In this document: positions 1 through 9,576 of the stretch, piece by piece
How the letters are laid out: each line of letters starts with the position of its first letter
How positions within the stretch are numbered: the first letter of the stretch is position 1
Notes under the pieces: generated by a model
Seen by the model: only the letters and a program-made list of their open reading frames with translations
What the model was told of the DNA's origin: nothing
The model's database searches: none
Made by a program: the position numbers and the translations under genes
Virus record (IMG/VR): IMGVR_UViG_3300036831_000053
Span: 1-60,437 of that record
DNA from: a virus
Lineage: Duplodnaviria; Caudoviricetes
DNA length: 60,437 nt
Strand: one strand, 5' to 3'

Positions 1-127
1 CCGACGCGTTCGTGGAGCGGTATCGCACGATCGCGAACAGCAAGGGCCCGCGCGAGAAGGTGTTCGTCGCCCGGATGTTCAGCCAGTACCCCGAGGACCG
101 GGTGCTGACCGCGTCGGACGTGCGCAC
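1..127. repeat. Terminal overlap, identical to 60311-60437 (circular assembly overlap)
   Basis: Exact 127-nt identity of both ends; the capsid ORF reads through the junction in frame. Confidence 0.97.
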
Positions 128-1277
128 CAACCAACAGCGGATCGAGGCCGCGTCCCGGCCGGAGTCGCTGACCGCAGCCGCCCAGTCCGGTGGCCTGTGC
201 CTGCCGCTCGAAGTGATCTACGACATCAACGTGATCGGCGTGACGAGTCGGCCGATCCAGCAGGCACTGACCCGCTTCCAGGTGGAGCGCGGCGGCATCC
301 AGTACCGGCTGCCGTTCGATGCGCTGGCCATGTCCGAGGGTCTGGGTATCTGGGGCCAGGACAACGACCAGAGTCCGACGGTCGCGGCCGACGGCGTGGT
401 CACCTGGGAGTCCGGCGACGACAGCCAGGGCAACGCCTTCGGGCCGAAGACCTGCTACATCGCCGACTGCCCCGGCGTGGTCAACGCGTCGATCTACTCC
501 ACGTACATGTGCATGGAGTTCGCGAACATGACCTCTCGCTTCGACACCGAGTGGGTGGACGCGACCAACCAGGCCGCGCAGGTGGCGTGGGCTCGGTTCG
601 CTGAGAATCAGCTGCTGGCCCGCATCCTGGCCGCCAGCAAGATCGTCTACGGCAAGCAGGCCCTGGGCGCCGTCCGGGACGTGCTGGCCACGTACGACAA
701 GGTGATCAGCTACTACCGCAACCGGTACCGCCTGGACACCACCATTCCGCTGCACACGATCATGCCGCAGTGGCTGATCGACATGCTGCGGACGGACATG
801 GCCCGCGCGATGAACACCACCGGCGACCCGGCCGTGCAGTTCGCGATCGCCCAGTCGACGCTCGAAGGCTGGTTCCGGACCCGCAACGTCAACGTCACCT
901 GGCACCTGGACGGCCTGGCCGCCGTCACCTCGGCGATCAGCGGCGTGACCGTTCCGCAGCAGTTCTACAGCACCTACAGCGCCGGCCAGGAAGTCGCTGG
1001 CTGGCCGAACGCGGTCGACACCGTGCTGTATCGCGAAGGCGACTGGCTGTTCCTGGACGGCGGGACGCTCGACCTCGGCCTGGTGCGGGACTCGACGCTG
1101 AACCAGCGCAACCGCTACCAGACCTTCATCGAGACCTTCGAGGGCGTTGCCTTCCAGGGCCTGGAGTCCCTGCGGGTCGTGCTGCCGCTGATGCCGACCG
1201 GTGCCAGCTCGGGAACCGTGCCTCCGGAGACGGACGGCAGTTGGGACAACATGACCAACTGGGCCGGACACCCGTGA
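1..1277 (+). CDS. Major capsid (hexamer-type) protein, C-terminal part; ORF begins at 59704 and crosses the origin (about 627 aa)
   Basis: SLTAA..GGLCLPLEVIYD, RGGIQY and DGGTLDLGLVRDSTLN..N.YQTFIETFEG motifs typical of cluster B-like actinophage capsids. Confidence 0.92.
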   Translation, partial: DAFVERYRTIANSKGPREKVFVARMFSQYPEDRVLTASDVRTNQQRIEAASRPESLTAAAQSGGLCLPLEVIYDINVIGVTSRPIQQALTRFQVERGGIQYRLPFDALAMSEGLGIWGQDNDQSPTVAADGVVTWESGDDSQGNAFGPKTCYIADCPGVVNASIYSTYMCMEFANMTSRFDTEWVDATNQAAQVAWARFAENQLLARILAASKIVYGKQALGAVRDVLATYDKVISYYRNRYRLDTTIPLHTIMPQWLIDMLRTDMARAMNTTGDPAVQFAIAQSTLEGWFRTRNVNVTWHLDGLAAVTSAISGVTVPQQFYSTYSAGQEVAGWPNAVDTVLYREGDWLFLDGGTLDLGLVRDSTLNQRNRYQTFIETFEGVAFQGLESLRVVLPLMPTGASSGTVPPETDGSWDNMTNWAGHP

Positions 1278-1345
1278 TCGACTAGTTGGGGCCGGGCTGT
1301 GATCCGCAGCCCGGCCAGCCAGCCGGACTCGATCAGGAGGAAATC

Positions 1346-1621
1346 ATGGCGGCGGTTGGTAACTACGAAGTGGTCGAGCAGGCGTTCAGCTTCTGCGCTG
1401 AATTCCCGTACTCGATCACCGTCGACGCACCGGCTGACAAGGTCGTACTCGGTGGCGGAATCGAGTTCAGCTCGGACGTTACTACGCTCACTTACGACGG
1501 ATACCCGGCGACGGATGGTAGCTCCTGGACCTTCCAGATCAAGAACAACACCGACCAGGGGGGCGGCTGTCCCTACGCGGGCACGGCGTACGTGACCTGC
1601 GCTGAGCTGGGGGCCTGCTGA
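1346..1621 (+). CDS. Small virion/capsid-associated protein (91 aa)
   Basis: AGGAGG RBS before ATG 1346; lies between the two capsid genes; stop overlaps next start. Confidence 0.6.
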   Translation: MAAVGNYEVVEQAFSFCAEFPYSITVDAPADKVVLGGGIEFSSDVTTLTYDGYPATDGSSWTFQIKNNTDQGGGCPYAGTAYVTCAELGAC

Positions 1622-2502
1622 TGACCTTGTTCATGCCGGTCGATGGCTCCAGGGCCTCGGCTACCCGGGTGGCCAACCTGGAGGCGTCGGCCACCGCGCC
1701 CGACACTGGCGAGGACATCCACTGGGAAGGTGGCTTCTCGTGGCGGTCGGAGATGTGTCCCGAATGGGAGGTCATCAACCCGTGCGAGACCGTCGAGACC
1801 TACGGCACGGACGATTCGACCAACGGTGGGATCGTGCTCTGCGAACCACAGGGCTACCGCGTCCGGGACTACCTCGGTGCGCTCAACGTGTCCTTCGACC
1901 CCGCGCGCGTTCTGCGACAGGCCGAAGGCGTCGGGAGCATGGCGGCCGCCGCTGAGCTGTGGAACGGCACGGCCACCAAGCTGAACCCGTATGCCTCGCC
2001 GGTCGGCGAGCGGATCCTGAACCCGTCGCCCAGCTCCGACGAGTACGTCAACCCCTACCTGGCTGGGTCGACCGCGACCACGCTGACCGGGGTGACCGAC
2101 CCGATGGAGGCGCTGGGTGTCCTGGAGGAGAAGGCCCGCCAGCAGCTCGGCGGCATGCAGTGCTTCCTCCACGTGCCGGTCCGGATCGCGACCCAGCTCG
2201 GCGCGCAGATCCGCCGGGTCGGCAATCTACTGATGACCCAGACCGACGCGGTGATCGTGGCCGACCCGGGCTACCCCGGTACTGGCCCGGACGGGACTGA
2301 CCCGGCCGCGCCCGGCGTCTGGTGCTACGCCACTGGCCCGGTGCAGCTGCGGTACGGCTCGATCGTCACGACCGTGCAGCCGGTGTCGGCGACCTTCAAC
2401 CGGCGCACCAACATCCGCGAGGTCTGGGCTGACCGAGTCTTCGCGGCCACATTCGACCCCTGCTGCCACTTCGCCATCCAGGTCGATGCAGCTTCCGCCT
2501 GA
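1621..2502 (+). CDS. Major capsid pentamer-like protein
   Basis: Position after hexamer gene; GYPG.GPDG, W.YATGPV and N.REVWADR.FA.TFDPC motifs. Confidence 0.75.
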   Translation: MTLFMPVDGSRASATRVANLEASATAPDTGEDIHWEGGFSWRSEMCPEWEVINPCETVETYGTDDSTNGGIVLCEPQGYRVRDYLGALNVSFDPARVLRQAEGVGSMAAAAELWNGTATKLNPYASPVGERILNPSPSSDEYVNPYLAGSTATTLTGVTDPMEALGVLEEKARQQLGGMQCFLHVPVRIATQLGAQIRRVGNLLMTQTDAVIVADPGYPGTGPDGTDPAAPGVWCYATGPVQLRYGSIVTTVQPVSATFNRRTNIREVWADRVFAATFDPCCHFAIQVDAASA

Positions 2503-2517
2503 TCAGGAGGATCAAGG

Positions 2518-3450
2518 ATGCCAGCCACCTACGACGGCTCGGGCAGCGTCTACGCGCTGGGCCTGCGCCTGACCAAGCTCGACAGCAACGGCATACCGAT
2601 TGTCGGCGCGAACCAGTGCTACACGACCACGGCGCTGGTCAAGATCGAGATCGGCCTGGAGTACGAGGACGCCAAGGAAGTCACCCAGCTCAACGGCTCG
2701 GGTGACGTGTGTATCGAGTTCCAGGCGCCCTACACCCTCAAGCGCGGCACGATCTCGGGCCTTCAGATCTGCCAGCCCGACCCGAACGTGCTCCAGTTCC
2801 TACTCGGTGGCGACATCGTCAACGACAACGCGTCGCCGACCCCGAACCAGATCGGCTACCGCGCGCCACAGACCGGCGTCGAGGAAGTGCCGAACGGCGT
2901 CGCGGTCGAAGCCTGGTCGCGGGCCATCATCGGCAGCAACTGGGCCCGAACGCTGCCCTACCTGCACTGGTCGATCCCGCAGGCATATTTCCAGCCCACC
3001 GGCACGATGTCGCTGGCCGCCGACGGCTCGGTGCTGCCGGAGCTGGAGGGCTACTCGATCCAGAACCCGGGCTTCGGCTCGGGGCCGCTCAACGACATCG
3101 AGACCCCGACCGACCGCGTGTGGCAGTACGTGCGCGAGGCGACGCTGCCCGACCTGACCCAGGGCTTCCTGACGACGGTCGTCCAGACGCCTCCGACGAT
3201 CGTCTCCATCGCGGTGACCCCGGCGAACCCGACGATCAGTCACACCTCGACGATCCAGCTGACCGCCATCGCGACCATGTCCAACTCCACCACCCAGGAC
3301 GTGACCTCGACGGCCACCTGGTCTTCGGCCACCACGGCCGACGCCACGGTCAACTCCACCGGCCTGGTGACCGGCGTGGCCGCTGGTTCCTCGGTCATCA
3401 CCGCGACCAAGACCGGCATCGCCGGCACCACCACGGTCACCCTGTCCTGA
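2518..3450 (+). CDS. Major tail (tube) protein with C-terminal Ig-like (Big_2) domain
   Basis: LRLTKLD..G, C.PDP and NGVAVE.WS motifs; C-terminal SIAVTPA..QLTA..DVT..ATWSS..ATV..GLVTGV. Confidence 0.88.
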   Translation: MPATYDGSGSVYALGLRLTKLDSNGIPIVGANQCYTTTALVKIEIGLEYEDAKEVTQLNGSGDVCIEFQAPYTLKRGTISGLQICQPDPNVLQFLLGGDIVNDNASPTPNQIGYRAPQTGVEEVPNGVAVEAWSRAIIGSNWARTLPYLHWSIPQAYFQPTGTMSLAADGSVLPELEGYSIQNPGFGSGPLNDIETPTDRVWQYVREATLPDLTQGFLTTVVQTPPTIVSIAVTPANPTISHTSTIQLTAIATMSNSTTQDVTSTATWSSATTADATVNSTGLVTGVAAGSSVITATKTGIAGTTTVTLS

Positions 3451-4247
3451 TGCCCAGCAACGGTCAGCCCGCCCCGCGCAGCGAACTGCTGTGCGGGGCT
3501 TGGGCGACCGTGGATGACATCGAGGAGAACGATCGGCCGTTGCTCTCCGACGAGCAGTGGCCGGCGTGGCTGCTGACCGCGTCGGAGATCCTCTACGCCC
3601 TCACCGGCAAGCAGTGGTCGGGCAACGGCTGCTCGGCGACGGTGATGCTGCGCAACCAGCCGCCCGGCCCCGGTGAAGGCGCGTGGCCCTACTTCCGCAC
3701 CTGGGGCACCTCGGCTCAGTCCTATTGGTGGTGGTCCTTCGCCGGCTGGTCCTGGTTCCCGCGCTACGTGGGCCTGCCGCCGCAGCCGATGGCCATCAAG
3801 CTGCCGCACCGCGAGGTGCAGGCCATCACGGCGGTTTACGTGGACCAGGAGCCGTTCACCGCCTACCGCCTACTGGAGTCCGGCTGGATCGAGCGGACCG
3901 ACGGCCGGCGCTGGACCGAGTACACGGGCGACACCGTGATCCAGTACACCTTCGGCTGTGCCGCGCCTGAGTCCGGCGTGCGCGCCGTGGTGCGCCTGGC
4001 CGTCGAGCTGGTCCGCGAATGGCTCCAGGATCCGAAGTGCCGGCTGCCGAAGCGGACGACCTCGGTGACCCGCCAGGGCGTCACCGTCGCGATGACCGAC
4101 CCGCAGGTGTTCATCAAGCAGGGCTACACCGGTCTGGACATCGTCGACCTGTGGATCCGCGCGGTGAACCCGTACAACCGCCAGCAGGCGGCCACAGTCT
4201 GGTCGCCGGACATCCCCCGCGCTCTGCGGGTACCGCCGACGCCGTGA
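3450..4247 (+). CDS. Head-to-tail adaptor
   Basis: ASEILYALTGKQW, CRLPKR.TSVTRQGV and G.TGL..VDLWIRAVNP motifs. Confidence 0.82.
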   Translation: MPSNGQPAPRSELLCGAWATVDDIEENDRPLLSDEQWPAWLLTASEILYALTGKQWSGNGCSATVMLRNQPPGPGEGAWPYFRTWGTSAQSYWWWSFAGWSWFPRYVGLPPQPMAIKLPHREVQAITAVYVDQEPFTAYRLLESGWIERTDGRRWTEYTGDTVIQYTFGCAAPESGVRAVVRLAVELVREWLQDPKCRLPKRTTSVTRQGVTVAMTDPQVFIKQGYTGLDIVDLWIRAVNPYNRQQAATVWSPDIPRALRVPPTP

Positions 4248-4549
4248 GCGCGCTCGGTGACTGGCTGTTCTGGGAATTCGGAGCGTCGGGCACCGGATCG
4301 CACTACGGCGTCCTCTCTGGCTCGGGCAGTGACATCGGCGAGCTGGGCATCATCGGCGGTCTGTTCCTGCTGATCCGGAAGTACAACTGCCACGAGAAGG
4401 GCTGCTGGCGCTGGCCCGCCCGCCATGAGCTGGTCGACCCGGACACCCACGAGACACACCTGCTGTGCGCGAAGCACCATCCGCGCGGCGCCCCGACCCA
4501 CGCGCACATCGCCGACATCGTCCGACGGATCGAGGATCGCCGGACGTGA
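4244..4549 (+). CDS. Small membrane protein with Cys/His-rich C-terminus
   Basis: GTGA overlap; SG.GSDIGELGIIGG hydrophobic stretch, CH..GCWR, C.KHHP. Confidence 0.6.
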   Translation: MSALGDWLFWEFGASGTGSHYGVLSGSGSDIGELGIIGGLFLLIRKYNCHEKGCWRWPARHELVDPDTHETHLLCAKHHPRGAPTHAHIADIVRRIEDRRT

Positions 4550-4741
4550 TCGCGCTGCCGGTCGGCATCGTCGTCGCCATGACCTTGGCCGTGGCCGCGA
4601 TGTTCGTTGCCCAGCAGATGTGGATGCGCCGGGAGCTGGCCCGCCACCACGTCCGAATGAGGGCCATGCTGACCGCGCAACACCTCGCGCTGCGGGAAGT
4701 GCTCCGGCCCGCAGCGGGGCTACGCGACTACCCTGCTGGTC

Positions 4742-5047
4742 ATGACGCTGAGCAGGCCATGGGACCCCTTCTCACCCCACCTCCCCGAGCCGGAGACCCT
4801 GTCTACGGAACCGGTGCTGGTGGAGCTGCACACGGGGCAGCAGATCGAGCCGGTGGTGACGCATCTGGCCGACACCGTAGAGGCGCCCAGTTCGCTCCCA
4901 GTCGAGCCGGAGCCCGTCCCGGCCCCGATCGTCCAGGCCAAGCCGACGAGGACGCGGGGGACCCGAGCGGGCAGGCAGACGACCGCACGGAAGGCGAGCC
5001 CGCGTAAGCGGCTGGACGCGGCCCTGAAGAAAATGGAGGGGCAGTGA
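4742..5047 (+). CDS. Hypothetical protein (Pro-rich, basic tail)
   Basis: ORF coupled to the next gene by GTGA overlap. Confidence 0.5.
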   Translation: MTLSRPWDPFSPHLPEPETLSTEPVLVELHTGQQIEPVVTHLADTVEAPSSLPVEPEPVPAPIVQAKPTRTRGTRAGRQTTARKASPRKRLDAALKKMEGQ

Positions 5048-5637
5048 CGACCTACCCGTTCGGCTACGGCTACAACGCGCCGAGCAACGGGATCGACCTC
5101 ATCACGATCCCGAAGGCTCTCCTGGCCTACGTGGTGAGCTACTTCGGGCAGGCCGGCGTGATGCTGCCGGACCGGCAGGGCATGACCGCCGGGCCGGCCG
5201 CTGGAATCGCCTTCGACTGCGAGCAGTTGACCGTGACGCTGGAGACGGTCGGCTGGGGCCGAGCGCGCGACGCCACTCAGCTCTCGCCGGGCCTGGGCAA
5301 GGAATCGTCGGTCAACTCGATGCGCCACGGCGAGTGGATCATCACCCTGGTCCGCTGCTGGTCCTCCTCGGATCCCGAGGGCAACCTGGTCGACATGGAC
5401 GTGATCGAGACCCAGGCCGAGGCGATCCAGCGGGACGCGGGCCTGATGTCCCAGGCGCTGATCAACTTCGCCGCGTTCCAACAGTTCAACGACCAGGCCC
5501 CACTGCCGCCCGGGGGCAGCACCCAGGCGGGAGCGGTCAGCTTCACCCCACCCTCGGGTGGGTTCATCGGGATCAATGGTTCGTTCATCAGCACGGTGGC
5601 CGAACTCAATCCCCCGGCGCCGGGAGCGAACTACTGA
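5044..5637 (+). CDS. Tail terminator/neck-like protein
   Basis: Position in head-tail block; AFDCEQL.V, I.LVRC and GGF.G motifs. Confidence 0.65.
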   Translation: MTTYPFGYGYNAPSNGIDLITIPKALLAYVVSYFGQAGVMLPDRQGMTAGPAAGIAFDCEQLTVTLETVGWGRARDATQLSPGLGKESSVNSMRHGEWIITLVRCWSSSDPEGNLVDMDVIETQAEAIQRDAGLMSQALINFAAFQQFNDQAPLPPGGSTQAGAVSFTPPSGGFIGINGSFISTVAELNPPAPGANY

Positions 5638-6065
5638 TGCCTCTCGTCCTGGCCAGCGTGTCCGGTTCGGTCAACACTGGCGAATACGACAAGTACGTCA
5701 ACGACATGCGAGACCCGATCCGGCTGGACCTGGCCAAGCGGGCCAACAAGCTGCTGGCCGAGGCCACCAAGCGCTGCCCGGTCAACACCGGACTACTGCG
5801 ATCGACAGGTCGCAAGAATGACGGCCTGGACGGCGAGAAGCCCTACACCGATGTGATCTTCGGCCAGGACGGCATCACCGACTACCTGGGCTACGTGCTC
5901 AACGGCACCCCGGCGCACATGATCTACCCGCACCCTCGGCCCAACGGCCGGCTGCGGTTCGTGGTCGGCGGGACGATCATCTACGCCCGCGAGGTCCACC
6001 ACCCCGGTACCAGGGCGAATAACTTCCTAGAGAAGTCGATCCCCGCTGCCGCGAGTGCGTCTTGA
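5637..6065 (+). CDS. HK97 gp10-like neck protein
   Basis: CPV.TG.LR.T, YV.NGT..H.I.P and V.HPGTRAN.FL motifs. Confidence 0.8.
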   Translation: MPLVLASVSGSVNTGEYDKYVNDMRDPIRLDLAKRANKLLAEATKRCPVNTGLLRSTGRKNDGLDGEKPYTDVIFGQDGITDYLGYVLNGTPAHMIYPHPRPNGRLRFVVGGTIIYAREVHHPGTRANNFLEKSIPAAASAS

Positions 6066-6115
6066 TCACCGGCATTACACCCGACCCGGTCGTCTACGAA
6101 GGATTGCGAGAGATC

Positions 6116-6595
6116 ATGAAGCGTTACCGTGCGGTCAACCCGACCACGGTCAAAGCCGTCGAGTTCGAGCTGGCCGTCTACCGTGATGGCGTCGAGGAGG
6201 TCCACTCCTTCGTGGCCCGCCCGGTCGCCGATGCCGGCTCGATGCTGGCCTACACCCGCTCCGGCGACGATGCGGAGAAGGCCGCTGCCGTGTTCAAGAT
6301 GATGGGCCGAATGCTGGTCAACAACGATGGCGTGGCCGCCGACTGGACGCCCGAGCCGCTGCCCAAGCCCAAGAACGCGGCGGCGAACTACCAGCCCAAG
6401 TTCCGGGGGCCGGACGGCAAGCTGCACACCCTGGACAAGGCGTCCCTGTTCACCGACCCGGCCAAGGGCTCCAGTCGGCGCCGCTGGGAACACCTGGTGT
6501 TCCAGGACGCCGGCGTGACCGTGGACATCGGCGTGATCAGCGAGATCATCAACGACCTGGCCACAGAGTCGGCCGAGGTCCCTACCAGCGCGTAG
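6116..6595 (+). CDS. Tail assembly chaperone (gpG-like)
   Basis: Upstream of tape measure; ends ...EVPTSA. Confidence 0.75.
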   Translation: MKRYRAVNPTTVKAVEFELAVYRDGVEEVHSFVARPVADAGSMLAYTRSGDDAEKAAAVFKMMGRMLVNNDGVAADWTPEPLPKPKNAAANYQPKFRGPDGKLHTLDKASLFTDPAKGSSRRRWEHLVFQDAGVTVDIGVISEIINDLATESAEVPTSA

Positions 6596-6903
6596 TCACG
6601 ATTCTGTCGGCTACGCGAGACCCGATCTACGGGCAGTACATCCGAGGCAAGCTCGCCGTGGCGGGGATCGATTCGCGTGTGTCGCTGAAGACCTACTGCG
6701 ACGCCGTGTGGGCGATCCTCGTGGACGCGCCGACCGACCGGCTAAAGTCCATCAGCGACCACCTGATCGTGGCCGAGGCGATGGCCAATCCGGACGCGGC
6801 GCGCGAGACGTGGGGCATGCTCCCGGAGCACCAGCGCGGCGCCATGGCCGCCGAGACGATGCAGATTCCGGACATGCCCTCGGGAGTTCCGACGGGGAGG
6901 TGA
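6580..6903 (+). CDS. Tail assembly chaperone extension (gpT-like), probably reached by -1 frameshift
   Basis: -1 frame is open from CCC TAC at 6580 (PYQRVVTILSATRDPIYGQYIRGKLAVAGID...ETWG) to 6903. Confidence 0.65.
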   Translation, partial: PYQRVVTILSATRDPIYGQYIRGKLAVAGIDSRVSLKTYCDAVWAILVDAPTDRLKSISDHLIVAEAMANPDAARETWGMLPEHQRGAMAAETMQIPDMPSGVPTGR

Positions 6904-6909
6904 CCGGCT

Positions 6910-9576
6910 GTGGTGCAGGTGATCGGCTCGGCCGCCATCCGCATCACAGCCCTCACCGACGGTCTCAAAGAGAAGATCGACACCGATCTGAATTCCGCCC
7001 TCAAGGGCGTCGATATCCAGCCTGCGGCCGACGCGTATGCCAAGGCGCAGAAGGAAATGGACGACGCGACGCTCAGTGTCGCTGATGCCAAGATCAAGGA
7101 TGAGCTGGCCCAGGAAGCCCTGAGCGCCGCCGAGACCAAATACCAGCAGGTCAGCAGGACATCCCTGTCCTCGACGAAGCAGAAGCAGGCCGCGCTGGAG
7201 GCGCTGACCGCAGCGCAGGGCAAAGCCTCGACGGCTTCCGATGCCCTCTCGGCCGCCGAGTCGCGCATGAGCACCGCGTCCGACGGGGTCACCAAGGCGC
7301 AGACCGACCTGAAGAAGGCTGAAGACGATCTCACCACCAGCCAGAACAAGCACGTCGGCGTCATCAGCCAGCTGGACCTGAAGTTCAAGTCGCTCTTCTC
7401 GACGATGCTCGGCGGCCGGAAGACCACCGACGATTCGACGAGTTCGGCCGACAAGGCCAGCAAGTCGCTGGACGGCCTGAGCAAGTCGGCCGATGGCCTG
7501 AGCAGCAAGTTCGGCAGCATGATGAGCCAGTTCGGCTCGGCGGGCCCGGTGTTTGGGGCGCTCACGTCGCAGGTCGGCCTGATGGGCACGGCCATCGTCG
7601 CGCTGTCGGGCCCGGCGCTGGGTGTCCTGGGCTCCTTGCTGCCGTTGGCGTTCATTGGCGTGGGGATCGCGGCCGAGGCCAGCAATAGCAAGGTGCAGGC
7701 CGCGTTCAAGAAGACCGCCACGGTCGCCCAGCAGACGCTCCAGAAGGCGTTCGCGCCGTTCATCCCGGTCCTGGTCAACATCGCCGGGCAGGCCGACAAG
7801 CTGATCACCTCCCTGGCTCCGGCGTTCGCGGCCATCGCCAAGGCCGTGGCCCCGATGTTGCAGACCCTGGCTACCGGGGTGATGCAGTTCGTGGGGACCT
7901 TGGTCAACGGCCTCGTGCCGGTGATCAAGAGCTTCGGCCCGCTGATCTCCTCGATCGCCTCGGGACTTCAGCCGCTGGCGCAGGGCCTGATCGGGCTGTT
8001 CAAGTCGATCAACGTGCAGGGTGCGGCACAGGGTCTTGACCTGCTATTCCAGGGACTCGGCAAGATCCTTCCGGTCGTCGGGCAGTTGTTGAACGCCATG
8101 GTTCCGCTGGGCAACGCCATCCTCGGCGCGGTGTTGCCGGCCGTCGCACAACTCGGCGGCCAACTGGCCAGCGTCCTCGGGCCGATCCTGTCCAGCCTGG
8201 CGCCACTGGTGAAGCCGCTCGTCGGCGTGTTCGTCGAGCTGGCCGGTACGTTCCTCTCGTTGATCCAGGCCGCCGCGCCGCTGATCGCCCCGATCGTCAA
8301 GATCATTACCAGCATGCTGTCGATGGACACCGTGCTGGAAGCCCTTCAGCCGCTGTTCCAGGCGTTCGCCAAGGTCGTGGGCGCGGTGCTCCCGATCATC
8401 GGCCAGCTCGCCACGATCATCGCCAGCATCTTGACCAAGGCGATGGAGCAGCTGTTCAACAGCTTCAAACCGCTCCTGCCTGTGATCCAGCAGGTCGCGA
8501 CCACTCTCGGAAATGCCCTGGTCGGCGCCCTGAAAACGCTAGCTCCGGTGATCACCCAGCTGATCGGCGATTTCGGCAAAATCCTCCAGGCCCTCGCACC
8601 CCTGCTGCCGCCGCTGGCCCAACTGGCCGGCGCCATCCTCGGTGCGTTGGCCCAGATCCTCGCCGCCCTGATGCCACTGATCACGAGCATCATCAACGCC
8701 TTCATCCAGATCCTGCCCTCGATCACCCCCCTAATTCCGGTGATCACCCAGCTCGTGACGGTGCTGGCGAGCATTCTGGTCCCGGCCATCCGAGATCTGC
8801 TGCCGCTGTTCAACGCCGTGTTCGGCACGGTCGCCAAGGTTGTCGGCGACGCCATGGACGTGATCAAGGGCGTCATCAACGTCGTCCTGGGTCTGATCAC
8901 CGGCAACTGGAAGCAGTTCGGTCAAGGTCTCCAGGAGATCATCTCCGGCCTGTGGAACGCGGTCAAAGACCTGTTCACGGGCGCCCTGAAGATCCTCGGT
9001 GATGCGGTCGCCGCCGGTTTGCAGATCGTCTACAACCTGTTCAAGGGGCTGATCAACAACGTCCTGAACGCCCTCGGCGACGCCGGATCCTGGCTACTCA
9101 ACGTCGGCAAGAACATCATCGACGGCCTGACTCGCGGCATCAGCTCCGAAGTCGGCACGCTGATCAGCAAGATCAAGCAAATCGGCGGCCAGGTTGTCGG
9201 CGCGGTCAAGAGCTTCTTCGGCATCTCCTCGCCGTCGAAGGTGTTCCACGCGCTCGGCCAGTTCCTGTTCCAGGGCTTCAACAACGGCGTGTCGTCCATG
9301 CAGCCGGCCGTCACCGCGACCATGGGCAAGATGGCTGCTGCCGCCAGCGGCGCCTTCACTCCGGTCTTCGGCAGCGACGGCGCCAGCCTGCCCGACCTGG
9401 GGTCCGCCCTCGGTGGCAGCAGTGGCGGCGCGGGCGCGTCGGGCGGCAGCGGCGGGACCGCCGACCTGCACAATGCGATCGTGGACGCGATCAGTGGGTG
9501 GCAGGTCACCATGTCAGCCAAGCAGGCGGCTACCGAGATCAACCGGGTCAACAAGCAGCAGAAGGCGAATCGCTGA
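6910..9576 (+). CDS. Tape measure protein
   Basis: 888 aa; IGSA.IRI N-terminus, long amphipathic repeats, FFGISSPSKVF motif. Confidence 0.93.
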   Translation: MVQVIGSAAIRITALTDGLKEKIDTDLNSALKGVDIQPAADAYAKAQKEMDDATLSVADAKIKDELAQEALSAAETKYQQVSRTSLSSTKQKQAALEALTAAQGKASTASDALSAAESRMSTASDGVTKAQTDLKKAEDDLTTSQNKHVGVISQLDLKFKSLFSTMLGGRKTTDDSTSSADKASKSLDGLSKSADGLSSKFGSMMSQFGSAGPVFGALTSQVGLMGTAIVALSGPALGVLGSLLPLAFIGVGIAAEASNSKVQAAFKKTATVAQQTLQKAFAPFIPVLVNIAGQADKLITSLAPAFAAIAKAVAPMLQTLATGVMQFVGTLVNGLVPVIKSFGPLISSIASGLQPLAQGLIGLFKSINVQGAAQGLDLLFQGLGKILPVVGQLLNAMVPLGNAILGAVLPAVAQLGGQLASVLGPILSSLAPLVKPLVGVFVELAGTFLSLIQAAAPLIAPIVKIITSMLSMDTVLEALQPLFQAFAKVVGAVLPIIGQLATIIASILTKAMEQLFNSFKPLLPVIQQVATTLGNALVGALKTLAPVITQLIGDFGKILQALAPLLPPLAQLAGAILGALAQILAALMPLITSIINAFIQILPSITPLIPVITQLVTVLASILVPAIRDLLPLFNAVFGTVAKVVGDAMDVIKGVINVVLGLITGNWKQFGQGLQEIISGLWNAVKDLFTGALKILGDAVAAGLQIVYNLFKGLINNVLNALGDAGSWLLNVGKNIIDGLTRGISSEVGTLISKIKQIGGQVVGAVKSFFGISSPSKVFHALGQFLFQGFNNGVSSMQPAVTATMGKMAAAASGAFTPVFGSDGASLPDLGSALGGSSGGAGASGGSGGTADLHNAIVDAISGWQVTMSAKQAATEINRVNKQQKANR

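Noticed and set aside
4546-5007. TM-containing ORF overlapping 4742-5047 by about 265 nt as a true overprinted gene pair
   Set aside because: The N-terminal part looks real but the overlapping tail is low-complexity and likely run-on; cannot be resolved from sequence alone
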